Source: Camelus ferus
Lineage: Eukaryota
Assembly (NCBI RefSeq): GCF_009834535.1
Contig: NC_045696.1
Location: 14,448,001-14,512,000, forward strand
DNA length: 64,000 nucleotides
Direction of reading: 5' to 3'
Shown here: positions 12,009 through 26,129 of the stretch, in pieces
Layout: every line of letters starts with the position of its first letter
Position numbering within the stretch: the stretch's first letter is position 1
Notes under the pieces: model-generated
What the model was told of the DNA's origin: nothing
Seen by the model: the letters and a program-made list of their open reading frames with translations, nothing else
Databases searched by the model: none
Program-made: the position numbers and the translations under genes

Positions 12009-12381
12009 ATCACTGATATGTGGAATCTAAAAAAATAAAAAATAAAGGACATAAATTAACTTATTTACAAAACAGAGACAAACTCATAGACATAGAAGAC
12101 AAACTTATGGTTACCAGGAGTGAAAGGCGGTGAGATGGATAAATTGGGAGTTCAGGACTTGCAGATACTAACTATTGTATATAAAATACATAAACAACAA
12201 AGTCTTACTATATAGCACAGGGAAAGTATATTCAATACTTCATAATGGCCTATAATGAAAAAGAATATGAACAGGAATATACATATAATACATGTATCAC
12301 TGAATCACTATGCTGTACACCAGAAATTAACACAACATTGTAAACTAAATATACTTCAATAAAATTGTTTTTTAAATTTTT
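12009..12381 (+). mobile_element. 5'-truncated L1 3' end
   Basis: atatgtggaatctaaaaaa...cttatggttacca...tatagcacaggga...ctgaatcactatgctgtacaccagaaattaacacaacattgtaaac; TSD aaaggcattaggc (11996-12008) / aaagtcattaggc (12382-12394). Confidence 0.9.
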
Positions 12382-13429
12382 AAAGTCATTAGGCTAATTG
12401 GTGGAAACGTGTGTTCTGAGCAGGTCTAATAATAACCAGGACTTGGTTAGACCATAGGAAGAGAAGCAGTGGTTACCTTCTACCTGGCTTCAGGGCTCCC
12501 CAGGCTAGACCCATTCTTCCTCATTTCTCTTTGTCTCCTGCGTTTCCACACCTAATCTGCCCACCACCTCCTGCTAAAATACTCCCCACTTTGTTGCTCA
12601 AGTCATCATTTCCATATGCAAATCTGATCATCCCACTCTTTAGGCTATGTCTGTGATTTCACATCACCTTTTTGAGATGTAAATTCAGTTATGACTTCTG
12701 CAAACATCCCATCAATTTCTTAATTGTCCAACTTCTCAAAGGTCCAGATCATTTTGTCTCAGATTAGATTTAGCTAATAAGATGCAGTTTATCTCAGCTA
12801 TGGAGACTAGCTGTGTGTTTCACTCTTTGGTAAATTTCCTTTTGTTGTTGTTACCACCAGGTTTATTTTTCCTTCAATTAATGAATGTGAACCATTCGTC
12901 CAAAGGAGTTTCCTTTAAGTTATAAAAGTAGATATTTTTAAAGTAACATGAATAGTAGAATTCAAAATAATGTAAATGTAAATGAAAACAGGCTTTAATA
13001 TCAACATAGGACTTAAGTGTATGGGCACTAAGATAAGTGAATCTGTAAATATGATTATTTTATACAGGAGTGAAAAAGAAAAGGATGAATATAAGGTCAA
13101 CAATGAATATTTGATTATTGTGTTTTGTTGGACTGGCAATCTGTCACCCTAGTGAGTATTCCACTGTGAAATTTTGTCAAATGATATCTGGAGAAATCAA
13201 AGCTCTTCCATAAATTTTAAAGCAAGTCCAATAACACCTCTGTTTTAATAACTTCACCTATACCCTTAGTCAATATACAGCTTCCAATCTATTATGAACT
13301 AAACTGTTAAAGAGAATACATTTCAATATTCATCATAGATAAGAACCAGAAAAGTTAAGAGCTTAAGACTTAAGGGCAAAGAGCTAATGATTGCTGTAGT
13401 CAGAATTAAAGCTCAGATCCTCTGGTTTA

Positions 13430-13451
13430 GTGTGTGTGTGTGCATGTGCGT

Positions 13452-13488
<37 letters not shown>
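13430..13488. repeat. (TG)n / (TGCGTG)n microsatellite
   Basis: Directly visible; source of the VRVRVCVCV ORF. Confidence 0.95.
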
Positions 13489-13489
<1 letters not shown>

Positions 13490-16234
13490 TAGATTACAGG
13501 TAATAAAACATTCCCAAGTCAGTCATCTCATATTATGTAACATTTCTCATCATTTCCACTCAGTTCTGTCATCATTTACCTCAGATTTCTGCCCAAATGA
13601 ACTTAAGTGCATCTATCTAATGATAAAAATACAGTGGTCAGCAAACAGAGGGCCTGTTGAAGACAAGAGACAGCCTTCGTATAAACTCTCTGGCATCCAG
13701 CCTGCCTCCCACCCCTCTTCTAAAGGACGATCCTGGTTTCTCATGGAAAAACTTTCTGTGCACCCTTAGCCATTTGAGAACCCCCTAGTATCCTATCTTC
13801 AAATTTACATTTGGCAATCCTCTGACCTGTATTCAGCCAAATCGACTTCAAAAACACCACCCTGGGGCTTTCGCAAACAAGTTCCAAGTCATGTAAAATG
13901 CTTTGTACACTTGTAGTTTCCCTTGTGAACTGCTGGGATAATCACCTAGGAAGTGGAAGCAGGCTCATAAGCTTTGATATTCAGCAGTTAGCATTAGCAG
14001 CCATGGTGGATAATTTATCACATGCCAGATAGATCAGGTAGCGGACCATGTGTCCTGGAACAAATGTCACGGAACCCTAGACGAAATGACCGTTCGACAA
14101 TACGTTAAATCTGGTGGCAGTTTATATGTCTAGGGAGTGAGTTGTGCCCGAGTGCAACCAAGCAGATCATCCCATTTCCTCAAATCCATAAATTCTAATG
14201 CTTGCCATCTTCCTAAACTCTCCTGAACTTACGCCACTTCATCCATTCATAAAAATAAGACATTTTCCCTCACTCACAAATCTCAATGGACTTTGTTGTT
14301 ACCTGGGACATGCCTCAAAAGAAACCCTCTTTTATTATCTTTAGATAATTTATTATCTTTGTTCAATTTAGTAAAATAACAATAACTTCAGCCAAGAAAA
14401 CTGAATTTTTGTTCAAACAAAATTATCTAATTGGAGTAAATAATCCTATTTAATAAAATTTGGATACTTCTCTCCCACGAGGTACATACTTTGTACTTAC
14501 TTTTCTTCGTATATAAGGATAGCACATCCAGTTACCTGGTTTTCCTTTTTATAGCTGATTAGAAGCAAGGAAAAATAGGTTGAGGGGATAAAATGTGAAT
14601 AAAGCAGGCACACTTGAAGTAATGAATAATCCGACATCAAGGAAGAAGAGAAAAAAATTAAAACAAGAGATTATGAGAATCAAAAGTATAACTGACTACG
14701 CCTTTTAGTCTAATGCCAAGTAACCCAATATTCTGTGGTGGCCCTGAAGGCACTAGATTTTATATGATACCAAATAATGTACGTTCTTAATAATAGCTTG
14801 TATAAAGGTGCTCATCATATAGCACTCATAAAAAGGAAAAAATGTTGAAATAGACTTATCATCAAACAATGGAACAACTACTAGGTAAATTATAAATTTC
14901 CATGGAATTGAATATTCTACAATCTTTAAGTGGCATGAACACAGAAGTTTTTAAAAGATAATCATAAAAGCATTCTGAAAAAAGGTAAAACTACATTCTA
15001 TATATTCTGTTCGACAAGGCTGAGAAGTATAATACACTCAAGTAGATAATGTTCAAGATGGTTAAAACTGAAAGGTACAATAATTAAAGATATAAAATTT
15101 GATTCCTGAGACAATTCAGTCATATGCAGTAGTTTAGTTTTTTAAGATCCAGGATAATGAAAGCTGTCGTAGGAAGTAGACCAATCACAACGTGCTTTGG
15201 GATCATCTTCCAAGCTTTCTTAAATTCATCCTAACAAAATAATCAATATCTTAATCCTAAATAGAATACTTAGATATAGAAATCACAGAAAAGATAACTT
15301 TTCCCTTAGAAAGACCTAAGAAATGTTGAAAATAAAGCATAAAGTCTAATAGCAGCTTCAACCACAGGTAAGAACCAGAAGCATGTCGCTTCACACAACA
15401 TGGAAGAGTTTGGAAGTCATGAGTTGGCATTTATAACCATAACCAAACATTGTTCATCTGCGATGGAGGGATTATGTGACCCCAAGTGTCCCCTCCAACT
15501 CTTATGTTCTACGATTCTAAGTGTCCCACACAAAGGCTAGCCTATCTGGGGGGAAGCTCATCCACGCATAAAATATGAATGAACACCACTATCTCTGTCA
15601 TATCTACGCTGTACTAATTTGCCTTCTTACATTTATTTCTTTGAAGTTTTAGAAGATTCAATTTTCTAGTCACTGTTTATTTTCCCCTTTAACAAGCCCA
15701 CCTATTCTAAATGTCCTTTACTGCCCCAGTTTCTAGCTATGGCTTTTCCCACTTACAACTATCAATGGTCAAATGTTGTCTTGCATTATCTCATTTTGTC
15801 CAGTACATAACTTATAATGTCTTGTTCTTCACATCACATACTTTAGAAACAGGAATTCTACTACAGAAACACTTCTGTTATTCTAATTATCCTACATTTA
15901 CTTCTACTATTTATCCAAGAGTTATATTCTAAATATTAATATTGGTGTATCTCAGGAACCAAACAACCAGAATGGAAGTGAACTCAATTCCAGTGGGTAC
16001 ATATGGTGAATAACTCTTATGCCTGTACTAGTGCATGCCAACTGCGTGTGAGCCCCATGTCAATCCCAAAATGCTCTGAAATATTACAGTTACACTTCTT
16101 CCTTTATCTCTCTTGGACAAATTAATTCTAGCAAGTTCTTTTTTATATTCCCCTAATCCATAACATTTTCCTCACATGTTTTACTACTACACCTTAAGCA
16201 ACACTTTCCAACTATCTGTATCTGTAAGACACTA

Positions 16235-17945
16235 ATCACAATTACATGCCAACAAATTAGATGACCTAATGAAATAGAAAAATGTCTAGACAGACACAAA
16301 ATATCAAAACTGAGTCAAAAATAAATAGAAAATCTGAATAAATGTATAGACAATAAAAAAAATTTAATTAGTAATCAAAATAATTCCCTAAAAGAAAAGC
16401 CCAGGCTCATGGGTGAATTCTACCACATGTTTAAGAAGAATTAATACCAATCCTTAACAAATTTCTTACAAAGAACAAAAGTGAAGGAAACACTTCCCAT
16501 CTCATTCTATGAGGCCAGTATTATCCCAATACCAAAACCTGACAAAAGTACTACAAGAAAACTAAAGACCACTATCCCTAATGAATATAGATGCAAAAAT
16601 TCTCAACAAAATGCCAGCAAACTGAATTCAGTAACATTTGAAAGGATTATACAACATGGCCAACAGAGATTTATGTAGAAATTCAAGGTTGGTTCAACAT
16701 GCAAAAATTAATCAATGTAATATACTAAATAAATAGAATAAAGGACAAAAACCATATGATCATCCCAATAGGTACAGAAAAAGCATTTGACAAAATCTAA
16801 CAATTTTTTATGATTAAAAAAAAACACTCAAAAACTAGGAATACAAGGAAATGTTCTCACCTAATAAGTCATCTACAAAAAAATCAAAATTAATATCATA
16901 CTTAACAGATAGAGATGAAAGATTTCTCCCTGATATTAGGAATAAGACAAGGATATCTGTTCTTGACATTCTAGAGAACATTACACTGGAGATTTTAGAC
17001 AAGGCAATTGGCCAAAGAAAAAAATTAAAAACATCCAGATTGAAAAGGAAGAAGTAAAACTATCTCTATTTGCAGTTCCATAACCTTGGATATGGAAAAT
17101 TCTAAGAAATCCACAAAGAACTAGTAGAGCTATTAATGAGTTGAACAAGGTTGCAGGATAATGGTCAATATGCAAAAGTCAATTGAATTTACATACACTA
17201 ACAATGAAAAATTAAGAAAATTGTTATTAAGAAAAAGAAAGTAAGAAAACAACTCCATTTATAATAGCATCAAAAAAGAATAAAATGCTTAGAAATAAAT
17301 TTTACAAAAGGAGAACAAAACCTATATACTGAAAACTAAAAAACACTGTTGACAGAATTTAAAGGCCCAAATAAATGAAAAGACATCCCATGATCATGAA
17401 TTAAAAGACTTATTATTGTTAAGATAGCAGTATTAATCTACTGATTCAACATAACTTCTACCAAACGCTTTGCTGTCTGTTTTGCAGAAATTGACAAATC
17501 TGTCCTAAATGTGTATAGAAATGCAAGGGACTCAGAAGAGCCAAAACAATCTTGGGAAAAAAGAGCAAAGTTGGAGGACTCCTACTTCTTGATTTCAAAA
17601 CTTACTACAAACCTACTGTAATCAAGATTGTGTGGTACTAGCATAAGGATAGATATATAGACCAATTCGATTAAATTAAGAATCCATAAATAAATGCTTA
17701 CATTTATAGTCAACTAATTTTTGATAAGGATGTCAAGAAAATTTAATGGGGGAAAAATAATCTTTTTAACAAATGATGTTGTGACAAGTGGATATTCACA
17801 TGCAAAATAGTAAAGTTAGATTCTTACCTCACATCGTATGCAAAAATTAACTCATAATGCATCAATGACTTAAATGTAAGAACTAACACTGCAAAACTCT
17901 TGGAAGAAAACATAAGCATAGTTCTTTTATTTTGATCTAGGCTTC
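16235..17945 (+). mobile_element. Old L1 (L1M-type) ORF2 fragment, reverse-transcriptase region, disrupted
   Basis: ORF pieces ETLPISFYEASIIPIPKPDK; aaaagcatttgacaaaat; ctatttgcag..cata (LFADDM region); gatttcaaaacttactacaaa; many stops and frameshifts. Confidence 0.92.
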
Positions 17946-19172
17946 TTCCTGTCTTTGGGAATTAACCTCTTGGCTGACAAATGAGCTGTAAGTAGCTTTC
18001 TAAAATTATCATATCTTTTGACTTTGCTCATGGTGGTTTTGCTAAGCAATAATTTCTTATATTTTTATGGAACTAAATTTAATCAGTTCTTGTTATGGCC
18101 AAAGTGTTTTGTAGCATACCTAAAAGGGCCTTTCATATTCTGAAATTATTAAAATATGAATGAGTAGTGTGAAAGAGATTGTTTTGATATTTACCAAAAT
18201 CTACTCTTGTGGTGAAAGAACTGACGTCTCAGACCACACCGTTTGTAAAATTCAAACCACAAAATTATTGAGGGTGACACCTACAGCTTCAATTCTCCCC
18301 AAGAGTCCAGCAAGAAAAGGGAAAATACTCTATCTTCTTCCTGTTTCAGTGGGCAACTATTTTCTGATCCACAGATGGGTGCCACTCTTCAAGTGTCCAA
18401 TTTAAGGCAAATGTGCAAGTACCAAGACCCACCTCTCACAGGGACAAGACTTACCCTCTTTCTCCTCACAAACGTTAAAATCCAACCCCCAACATCAAGA
18501 CTGACAGCCCCAGCCAGTCAGAACATCACCTCACATGATTTCTGCTCTTATTTTTCCTTTGGCTTAGTTTCCAACACCTGGGTTTTTCTTTTCTTTCTTT
18601 GCTCAACTGTACTTTAGACTGACGTGTATTAGATGTCACTCCACACTTCTGACCGTTGAGGCAGCAGAGTTTTAGATCATTTATTTTGCCAGATTTCCTG
18701 AACCAGAAACCCACTCTTCAATTTTTTTAAGGGTTTCACTGCCAGTTGCTCTAGGAAAGCAGACAGAGTTTACTAAAAAGAGATGGGAAATCACAAAAAT
18801 TTTTGAAACCTTATAAAATTGTTAATGCCACAAACTGCAAAACAGTAGCTTCTAACATCTTTTTTTTTTTTTTAATTGGGCTCGGAAGCTAAATTTTCTG
18901 CTGCTCTTCTTCCCTAATACAGGAGGTCGTGAAACCTTCCTAATTACTGACTCTTCACTTTCTACAAGTCAGGTCAACTCTTTCCTCCATAATGGCCCCT
19001 CTAGAACACAGAAGGTTCCTAAATAGGAGGAATGACTTCCTGGTACAATTTTAAAGCTCCTTCTCTTAGGTAGATCTCCGTGGAATACAAGAACATTGTA
19101 GGAGAAATCAAAGATACAGTATCTAATGGTATTTCATATAATATGTGGAACCTACTTATTCTAAAAACTTAG

Positions 19173-19272
19173 NNNNNNNNNNNNNNNNNNNNNNNNNNNN
19201 NNNNNNNNNNNNNNNNNNNNNNNNNNNNNNNNNNNNNNNNNNNNNNNNNNNNNNNNNNNNNNNNNNNNNNNN
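19173..19272. other. Assembly gap (100 N)
   Basis: Run of exactly 100 N, typical of a scaffolding placeholder of unknown size. Confidence 0.99.
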
Positions 19273-19529
19273 CCCCCATTGTTCACAAGATATATAGCTT
19301 TCTGCCATTTGGTCTGCGTCCCCCTTTCTCTGCTCATATCTAGCTGTCCGCCTGCTCTAACACTCGTGGCATCAAATTCTGCAAAGCTAAGTATTTTAAA
19401 CTGGATATGTTGCCATCTTACAGGAAAACAGAATGCTGTGAGTGAAAAAAAAATGAATAATGGACATTAGACAAGATATTATCAGTGTTGGCCGCAAATT
19501 ACTTGCTAAATAGATCCTCATGAAAATGA

Positions 19530-19755
19530 GAATCTCCTTGACACTGGTCTTGGCACGGATTTTTTTTGGATCTGACAACAAAAGGATAGCAAGAAAAGCA
19601 AAAATAAATGGGGAGGACGCCATCAAACCACAAAATTTCCACACCAAAAAGGAAACAATCAACAAAAGGAAATGATAACTTATGGAATGGAGAAAATATT
19701 TTAAAATCAGGCATATGATAAGGAGTTAATATCTAAAGTAGATAAGGAACTCAGG
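19530..19755 (+). mobile_element. L1 ORF2 3'-region fragment
   Basis: ctccttgacactggtcttggc...aaggaaacaatcaacaaa...ggagaaaatattt...gataaggagttaatatctaaa...aaggaactca. Confidence 0.8.
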
Positions 19756-20608
19756 TGCAATCAAGTCCTGGCCTAAAGGTAGCCCTCTAGAAGACGGGCT
19801 TCTGGTGGTGTTAACAGAAAATGAGATAGAGGTGGAGGCAAGGGATTGGTAACAGCCTAACAAGCACTTGTTTCTATGACTGAGTTCTCTGCAGCTGGGA
19901 AATAGAACAAGTTTTGGAGGCCTTAGGATTCAGGCGGGGCCAAAAAGATCTGACAGCAGAGGGGAGACGTCAACGGGGTTCTTACAAGGTGACTTGCATG
20001 GATCCATTGAATCTGCTTCCAGATCTCACAGATGCAGAAATTTGACCCTGCCTGCTAAAGGAGTGAGTCCCTTGATCCAAGTTCATTCATGATTTTCTGA
20101 TCTCTTTTCAGGTTTCTAACCCTCCCTCCAGTCCCTCAATCCTGAGTTATTCTAGTTCCTTGTTTTCCTCTGCTGTTGGAGTCTGTTCCTTCTCACTGTA
20201 TTTGCCTCCAAAATACAAAGGAACCACCATCATTTTTTATTCTGATAGTATGATGTCGCAGACATAGTGTGCCTTTATATTTCAGCAAAGCACTGTATAA
20301 GATCTCTTCTGGTTATTTTTCCCACTGTCTCCAACATTAATACTTTGTGTTTCAGTTTCTGGCAGACGTATTTCCCAGTTATAGTGGAATGACTTGAATC
20401 GCTGTGAAAGTAAAGATGTGTCCCATCAGTTCCCCCACTGCCCCTGATACCATCTAGGACTTTTCCTGAAGTCTACACTGAACTATAATAAATGTTTAGT
20501 CTAGTTTGTATAGTTATTCATTTTAAGAAGAAAGCACTGTCGTGTAATGAGACTCAAATAAAATATTTTGAGTTCTGTAGATATCTTCCTGATAACATTT
20601 AATAATTC

Positions 20609-21083
20609 TGTGTAATAAAATTCATATTTTGTGGCAAGACAAGAAAAATTTAAAAATATAAAAATTTTGTCTGCTCTTTGGCCTCCTCTCTCCCTTCACC
20701 GTGCATTGTGCATCTGCATTAAGCATTGACCAGACCAAACCTCCCCCATCAGCAGGATTACCTGCTCAACCATCAAGGAAAATATTCTCCCAGCATCAGC
20801 AAGACAACTCCTTAAAAGATAACATTCTTTCTTGATCTTGTAAGGAGTCACATGACCCACCAGGATGATGCTTAGATCTGAATTACGTAAAATGTCAATA
20901 ACACATCGTTTGATGTAGAGCCCTCTGTCTCAAAAAACTTGTATAGCTCTGCCTTGATTTCTAATGAGCAGAACAGTGCTCAGCGCTTTCTGAGGTGCTC
21001 TTCCTGGATTATAATCTTCAAATTTGGCTTGAATAAAATTTTCCATTTCTTTCTTAGACTAACTGATTAAATTTTTGTCAGCA
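20609..21083 (+). mobile_element. ERV1-class solo LTR (475 bp)
   Basis: TG...CA termini, perfect 4-bp TSD ATTC (20605-20608, 21084-21087), AATAAA near the 3' end (ttgaataaaattttcc). Confidence 0.75.
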
Positions 21084-21740
21084 ATTCCAAGGTGATAATG
21101 CAGGATGATAATTGATTATGCCAGCTTTGTATCTGATTGGAGGGAAGACTTTGTCTGCTTCTCCCTATGTACGCACACTGCCTGTGCTCACCTGTTTCTT
21201 AGCAGCCCTCTCTCCCTACCCTCCACCTTTCACCCAAGGAAAGAGATTAATCTGATTATTCAAATTCAGAGATTTTGATTGCACACAGTTATCAGTGGGT
21301 GTGCCGCTGGGCTGCAATCATTGGATATAGTTTCAAAGTGAGGCATCCAGGCTTCAGGATTTCTCATTGTCATTTCCTCCTTTTTTTTTTTTTTTTTTTT
21401 GGTACAGTGTTGCAGAATTGGTAAGCAAAGTTGGGGATTCCTCTTCAGTTCTGGTGGCTTTCTCTGACTCTCACGCTGTGTCTGGGTAGGTAAATGGACT
21501 CCTCTGTATCTTTCTCTCTCATGCCTGCTGATTTCAGTATTTGAAATGTAGCAGGCTTAAGGGGAGGATGGCATTGGGCTTCAATTTTTCTTTCAACCAG
21601 GGCAATTAGTTGTACTAAGATAGAGCAACTAACAAAGAGATACTTTTATTCCTGTCCTGTTTTGATCTTTAAATATCCAACTTAATAACCCTGTGGGAGA
21701 GAGTCTTGATTCCCACATAGGATAAGCTTTCCTAGCATCT

Positions 21741-22215
21741 TGTATTTGTCAAGGACCTCCAAAGAAACAGAACCAGTAGGAGATTTATTTTGAGGAACTA
21801 GCTGATGCAGTTACAAAGGCTGAGAAGTCCCGTGATCTCTTGTCTGCAAAGCTGAAGACCCAGACAACCTGGTAGTGTAATTAGATCTGAATCTGAAGGC
21901 CTGAGAACCAAGGGAGCCAACTGGTATAAATCCCAGTCTGAGAGCAGAAGATGAGCTTAGATGTCCCAGCTCAATCTGTTGGGCAAGAAGAAAAGAGGGG
22001 AAAATTCCTCCTCCTTCCACCTACGTTTCTCTTTTCTTCTCAAAGGATTAGATGATGTCCACTCACATTGGTGAGGGCAATCTTCTTTACTGATTTCACT
22101 CATTCATCTCTTAATTAATCTCTTTTGGAAATACCCTCACAGACACACTCAGAAATAATGTTTAACCTGGATACCCTGTGATCTGTCAAGTTGACGCATA
22201 AAATTAACCATCATA
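21741..22215 (-). mobile_element. MLT2-type (ERVL) solo LTR
   Basis: ctccaaagaaacagaaccagtagg...ggctgagaagtccc...gtcaagttgacgcataaaattaaccatca. Confidence 0.88.
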
Positions 22216-22489
22216 CTTCCTGAATACAAAATGATTATAATATCATAGTCTATCCCTGACCTCTAAGATGTCTTAGGACATTTAATGACAAGTACTGTAA
22301 TCAGTTATTTATAGACCCATCTATATTAACTCTTTGGATCTGAGGATAAAGATATGGATTCCATTTCTATATCTCAGGCAGCTGGTATAGTGCTTGCACA
22401 CAGAAATTTTTTTTCAGTGAATAATAACATAATTCTAAGTGTGTCATTTTGGAAATATATTTTTCAGACATTTGGAGCTTTTAAGGAAA

Positions 22490-22660
22490 CATTTAACTGA
22501 GCATATACTATATATACCCTAAAATGCATTATACTCATTCAATGATGAGGAAATTGAATCTCCAAGAGGTTAAGGAGTTTGTCCTAGTGTCCATGCTGAG
22601 GAGCTGGAAGAATTGAGATTCAGACAGAGGTATGTGCAAGTCCAGAGATAGCTCTTGGCC
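22490..22660 (-). mobile_element. MIR SINE
   Basis: atttaactgagcatatactat...gatgaggaaattgaatctccaagaggttaagg. Confidence 0.65.
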
Positions 22661-23004
22661 TGCCTCTCTGCCTCTGAGCAGTCTCAAGGGTACGGGGGAA
22701 TTCTGCTTCTCACCCTTGGTCAGACACCATTATCTCGTATGACTCATCATCAGTTTTTCTGGCTCTGGGCAGCAATTTGGCTAGTCTTGGTGAGGAGATA
22801 TTTTGATCTGGTGACTGTCATGAAGGCATAGTTAACTAAAAAAATAGCTTTATTAATAATAATTATCTTTCATCATGTTGCTTATTTACAAAAGATTTGG
22901 AGTAAGATGAGAGATGGAAGGGGGGAGGTGTCAGGAAATCAAGAAGTCCAGAGGAAGAAAGGCAGGAACATTTGTGAGAAGAAACTAAATCCCAATTATC
23001 TATT

Positions 23005-23258
23005 AAGAATATTTTAAATATATAAATTGTATTAAACATCTTATATGAAAAACATTATATTAAATATATACAGTATAATATAACGTGATAGCATATAATA
23101 ATATATTGTATTCTATTATTATATTATATTATCATAATATAATTATTTATTATTATTAATATATTATATCATTGATATATTAAATATATTGTATACATTA
23201 TTATATATACATTATATATGTATACATTGTATACATTATTAGTATATTTTAATAAAAT
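23005..23258. repeat. AT-rich low-complexity tract
   Basis: Near-pure A/T with degenerate TATAT/ATT and (tatacattg) units. Confidence 0.9.
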
Positions 23259-23639
23259 AGAAATCTCTGTATCCTGAGGCTGGTCATTCTTGCACGGGAG
23301 AGGTCAAAGGCTGAACATCCATAGTGAATAGTCACTATGGAAAGCTGATTAGTATATTCAAGAAGGAAAATAAAAGCTAGTGCTTTATAACCTGTGCTTT
23401 CTGTTGTGCAGCCTCAATCACAACTGGACTTAGAAACTTAAGTATATTCCTCTTTAAAATTAAGACCAATAAATGGGATGTAGAGGATTGGTTTTTCTGC
23501 TACAAAAATATTGTTAATTTGACCAAGTTTTGTTGGTTTAACCTCTTTGAGGCATTCTAAAGAAGCAGAAAAGCCACGGAGTAGCAGAATGTTGTTATCA
23601 TGTTTTTATTTTGTTAATGACTGAGATATGTCTGAAACT

Positions 23640-23900
23640 TTTGTTTCAAGTCTACAAACAGATTAAAGCCATTTATTAGATGACAAACAATAAAATAAAA
23701 TGGGATAAAAAGAAAATAATAATTTAGGACCATGGAAAATAGAGTTAGAATTACAAAGAACATATCAGGAAAATTTGTGTAAGGATAAATATGTCATAAT
23801 TTCCTAGATAGTTACTGAAAGTAGGTCTGCAGATTTGGCTCTGAGATTTCTGGCCACCAAAGAAGAAATTTTATATTGTTCAGAAAGAATACTCACTTAG
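23640..23900 (-). mobile_element. Possible ancient L4 (RTE-X) LINE 3' fragment
   Basis: gatttggctctgagatttctggccaccaaag resembles my recollection of the L4 consensus; weak. Confidence 0.3.
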
Positions 23901-26129
23901 TTGTTGTCGGCATGACAGCCACATCCAAGCCTGACTGTTTGTGCAGAGACAAAGTTTTCTCATTGGATGCCCATGGCATGCAGTCTGCAGCCACCTGTAC
24001 TCGCATCCCCTCCCATCACCTGCCCCCAGGGCTTTATTCCCCTTCTCTACAAAAATTGCCCAGAACCAAATGTTCACTCCTCTAGGAACCATGGAGCACA
24101 GCATGAATGGTTCAAGGTCACCATGTCCTATTTGAGATCGTCTTCCACGGAGACTATCCAGTGATAACAGAATCAAGATTGTTCTTTGTCTTCATACTTT
24201 CTGTTTCTGCTCCTTTTTTTCCTGGAATTCTAGGTAATTATAAGCTCTAATCTGTTCCATTCTGCTGGAGTTACAATGTGATGAAGTCTTGCCTACTGAT
24301 TTTGATCTTCAAATGCATGGCCTTGTGAATTGGTGGTATTTCTGTTACTTTGAGGGAATGTTCATATTTGAAACCTCTCTGGAGCTAGAAAACCTAGCTA
24401 AAGGAAATAACCTGGTCCTAGATATACTACATTTTCCTAGGGGAGCAGGAAGGGAGAAAAAAATATGTACCAAAGAAAGCCAAACTCTATTTTTCTGGAC
24501 ATGTGCTAGAGAAAGATATTCTTATTTATAGGTAGGTAGTTAGATTATAGAAATTCCAGGGTATCAGGAAGCTCCCCTAAATTCTTTCAATTCTAAAATA
24601 TTTCTAGTATCTGAGGGTTCTTCTTTTCATTTAGTTGATAACTCATTGTTCTTTCAATAATTAATACCTTAGTGTGGATATGTTAAAAGTTCCTCTCTAA
24701 GCCAGAGAATTTGCTCAGACAATATCTTGTGTATAATGAGGAACAAATGTCAGATGTATGAATAATAGAAATTGCTTTAATTACTTCATTCACTCTTGTA
24801 AGCCCTTACTTATAAAGAGATTTGGAAATTTTGGACCATCCCTAAACATTTCTAGATGTTCTTATAAAAACCTATTTATTTTTCATTTTTGACTAGACTT
24901 AGACATCAATTGAAGAAATAAGTGGTAGAGTGTGTAACCTTAAGTGTGCTATATTATTGATCTTTAGTCAAAAATTACTTTTCTAAAAATAATTAATCTT
25001 TTTTTCAAAAAAGCAACAAAATTTAAAAATAATGTTATATTAATTTTACTTGATCTATAAATAACTTATTCTAGCTTTCTGGTCAGGTATGTCTAATAAA
25101 TATAGTGAGTTACACATATTATGGCCTTTTTTATGAACTCAAAATAAGGATAGGCATCCATAATTATTTTTTGTGTTCTTTACTAACAAGCTATATTATA
25201 TGAAAAATCTACCTAGTATGAAAGATGACTATTGACAGTTCATTAAAAAGAAAACTATTTCACCCAAAGATTTAATCACATGTGATTGCCTACATGATAT
25301 AGAAAATTATGACATTATATGTCATAATATATATAAACACAGTCTCTAACAGTAAGTAATAAAGTCATCTGGCTTTTGTCAATAATGTTTGATAACCATT
25401 TAACGGAAATAAAACAAGGTTTCAGAAGTGCAAATGCTGTGCAATTTTGAGAGAAGTTTCTTCTTTTCCTTTAGTGGGCCCACAGCCAAGCCATTGAGAG
25501 ACAAGCCCACAGGAGACAAATGAGCTCATGTAGCTTATATGCTCCAGGAGTTTTCCCAAAGTACAGTTTCCCAGTGCTTGGACAAGGTAATTTGCCATAT
25601 CTCCAAGTGTCCAACTCCCAAGGGCACATTCATTTTGCCTTCTCAGAATCAGATTGAGGTCTTGAGTTCCACGTTTATGATTATAAAGTATATTTTGTCT
25701 AGCAGAATGAGAAAAAGAGTTGTGTTTTCAGTAAACTCATCCATTACTTTGACTCAAAGACTATTAGATTGATACTATTTGATGAAAATAACCAACTTCA
25801 AGTGATGGAATAATGGTTATTCTAAATAATCTAAAATATGGTTATACCATCAGAGTTCTACCTGTGACAGAAAATAAGAATCAAATCATCTAGGCATTTC
25901 CAAGTAAAATGATAGTAAAAGAGAGAAATACAATTTTAGAGTTATCATACGATGAAATAATGAAAGGGAAATCTTTTTATTTAGGTTTGTTTTAATATCA
26001 ACTGGACTGTCTTTTCAAAGTCTGTGAATCTCATTAGTGAAAGGATACAAGTAGACTGAAGGGCATTTATGGAACATTTAAAAAGATGGTATAAGCTTGA
26101 AAAACATACAGATAAAGAAGAATATTTAA

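Noticed and set aside
16481..17175. ORFs as coding genes
   Set aside because: Fragments of decayed L1 ORF2 and its antisense
17880..19755. L1 pieces on either side of the gap being one element
   Set aside because: They overlap in consensus position, look like different subfamilies, and are separated by over 1 kb of unrelated sequence plus the gap
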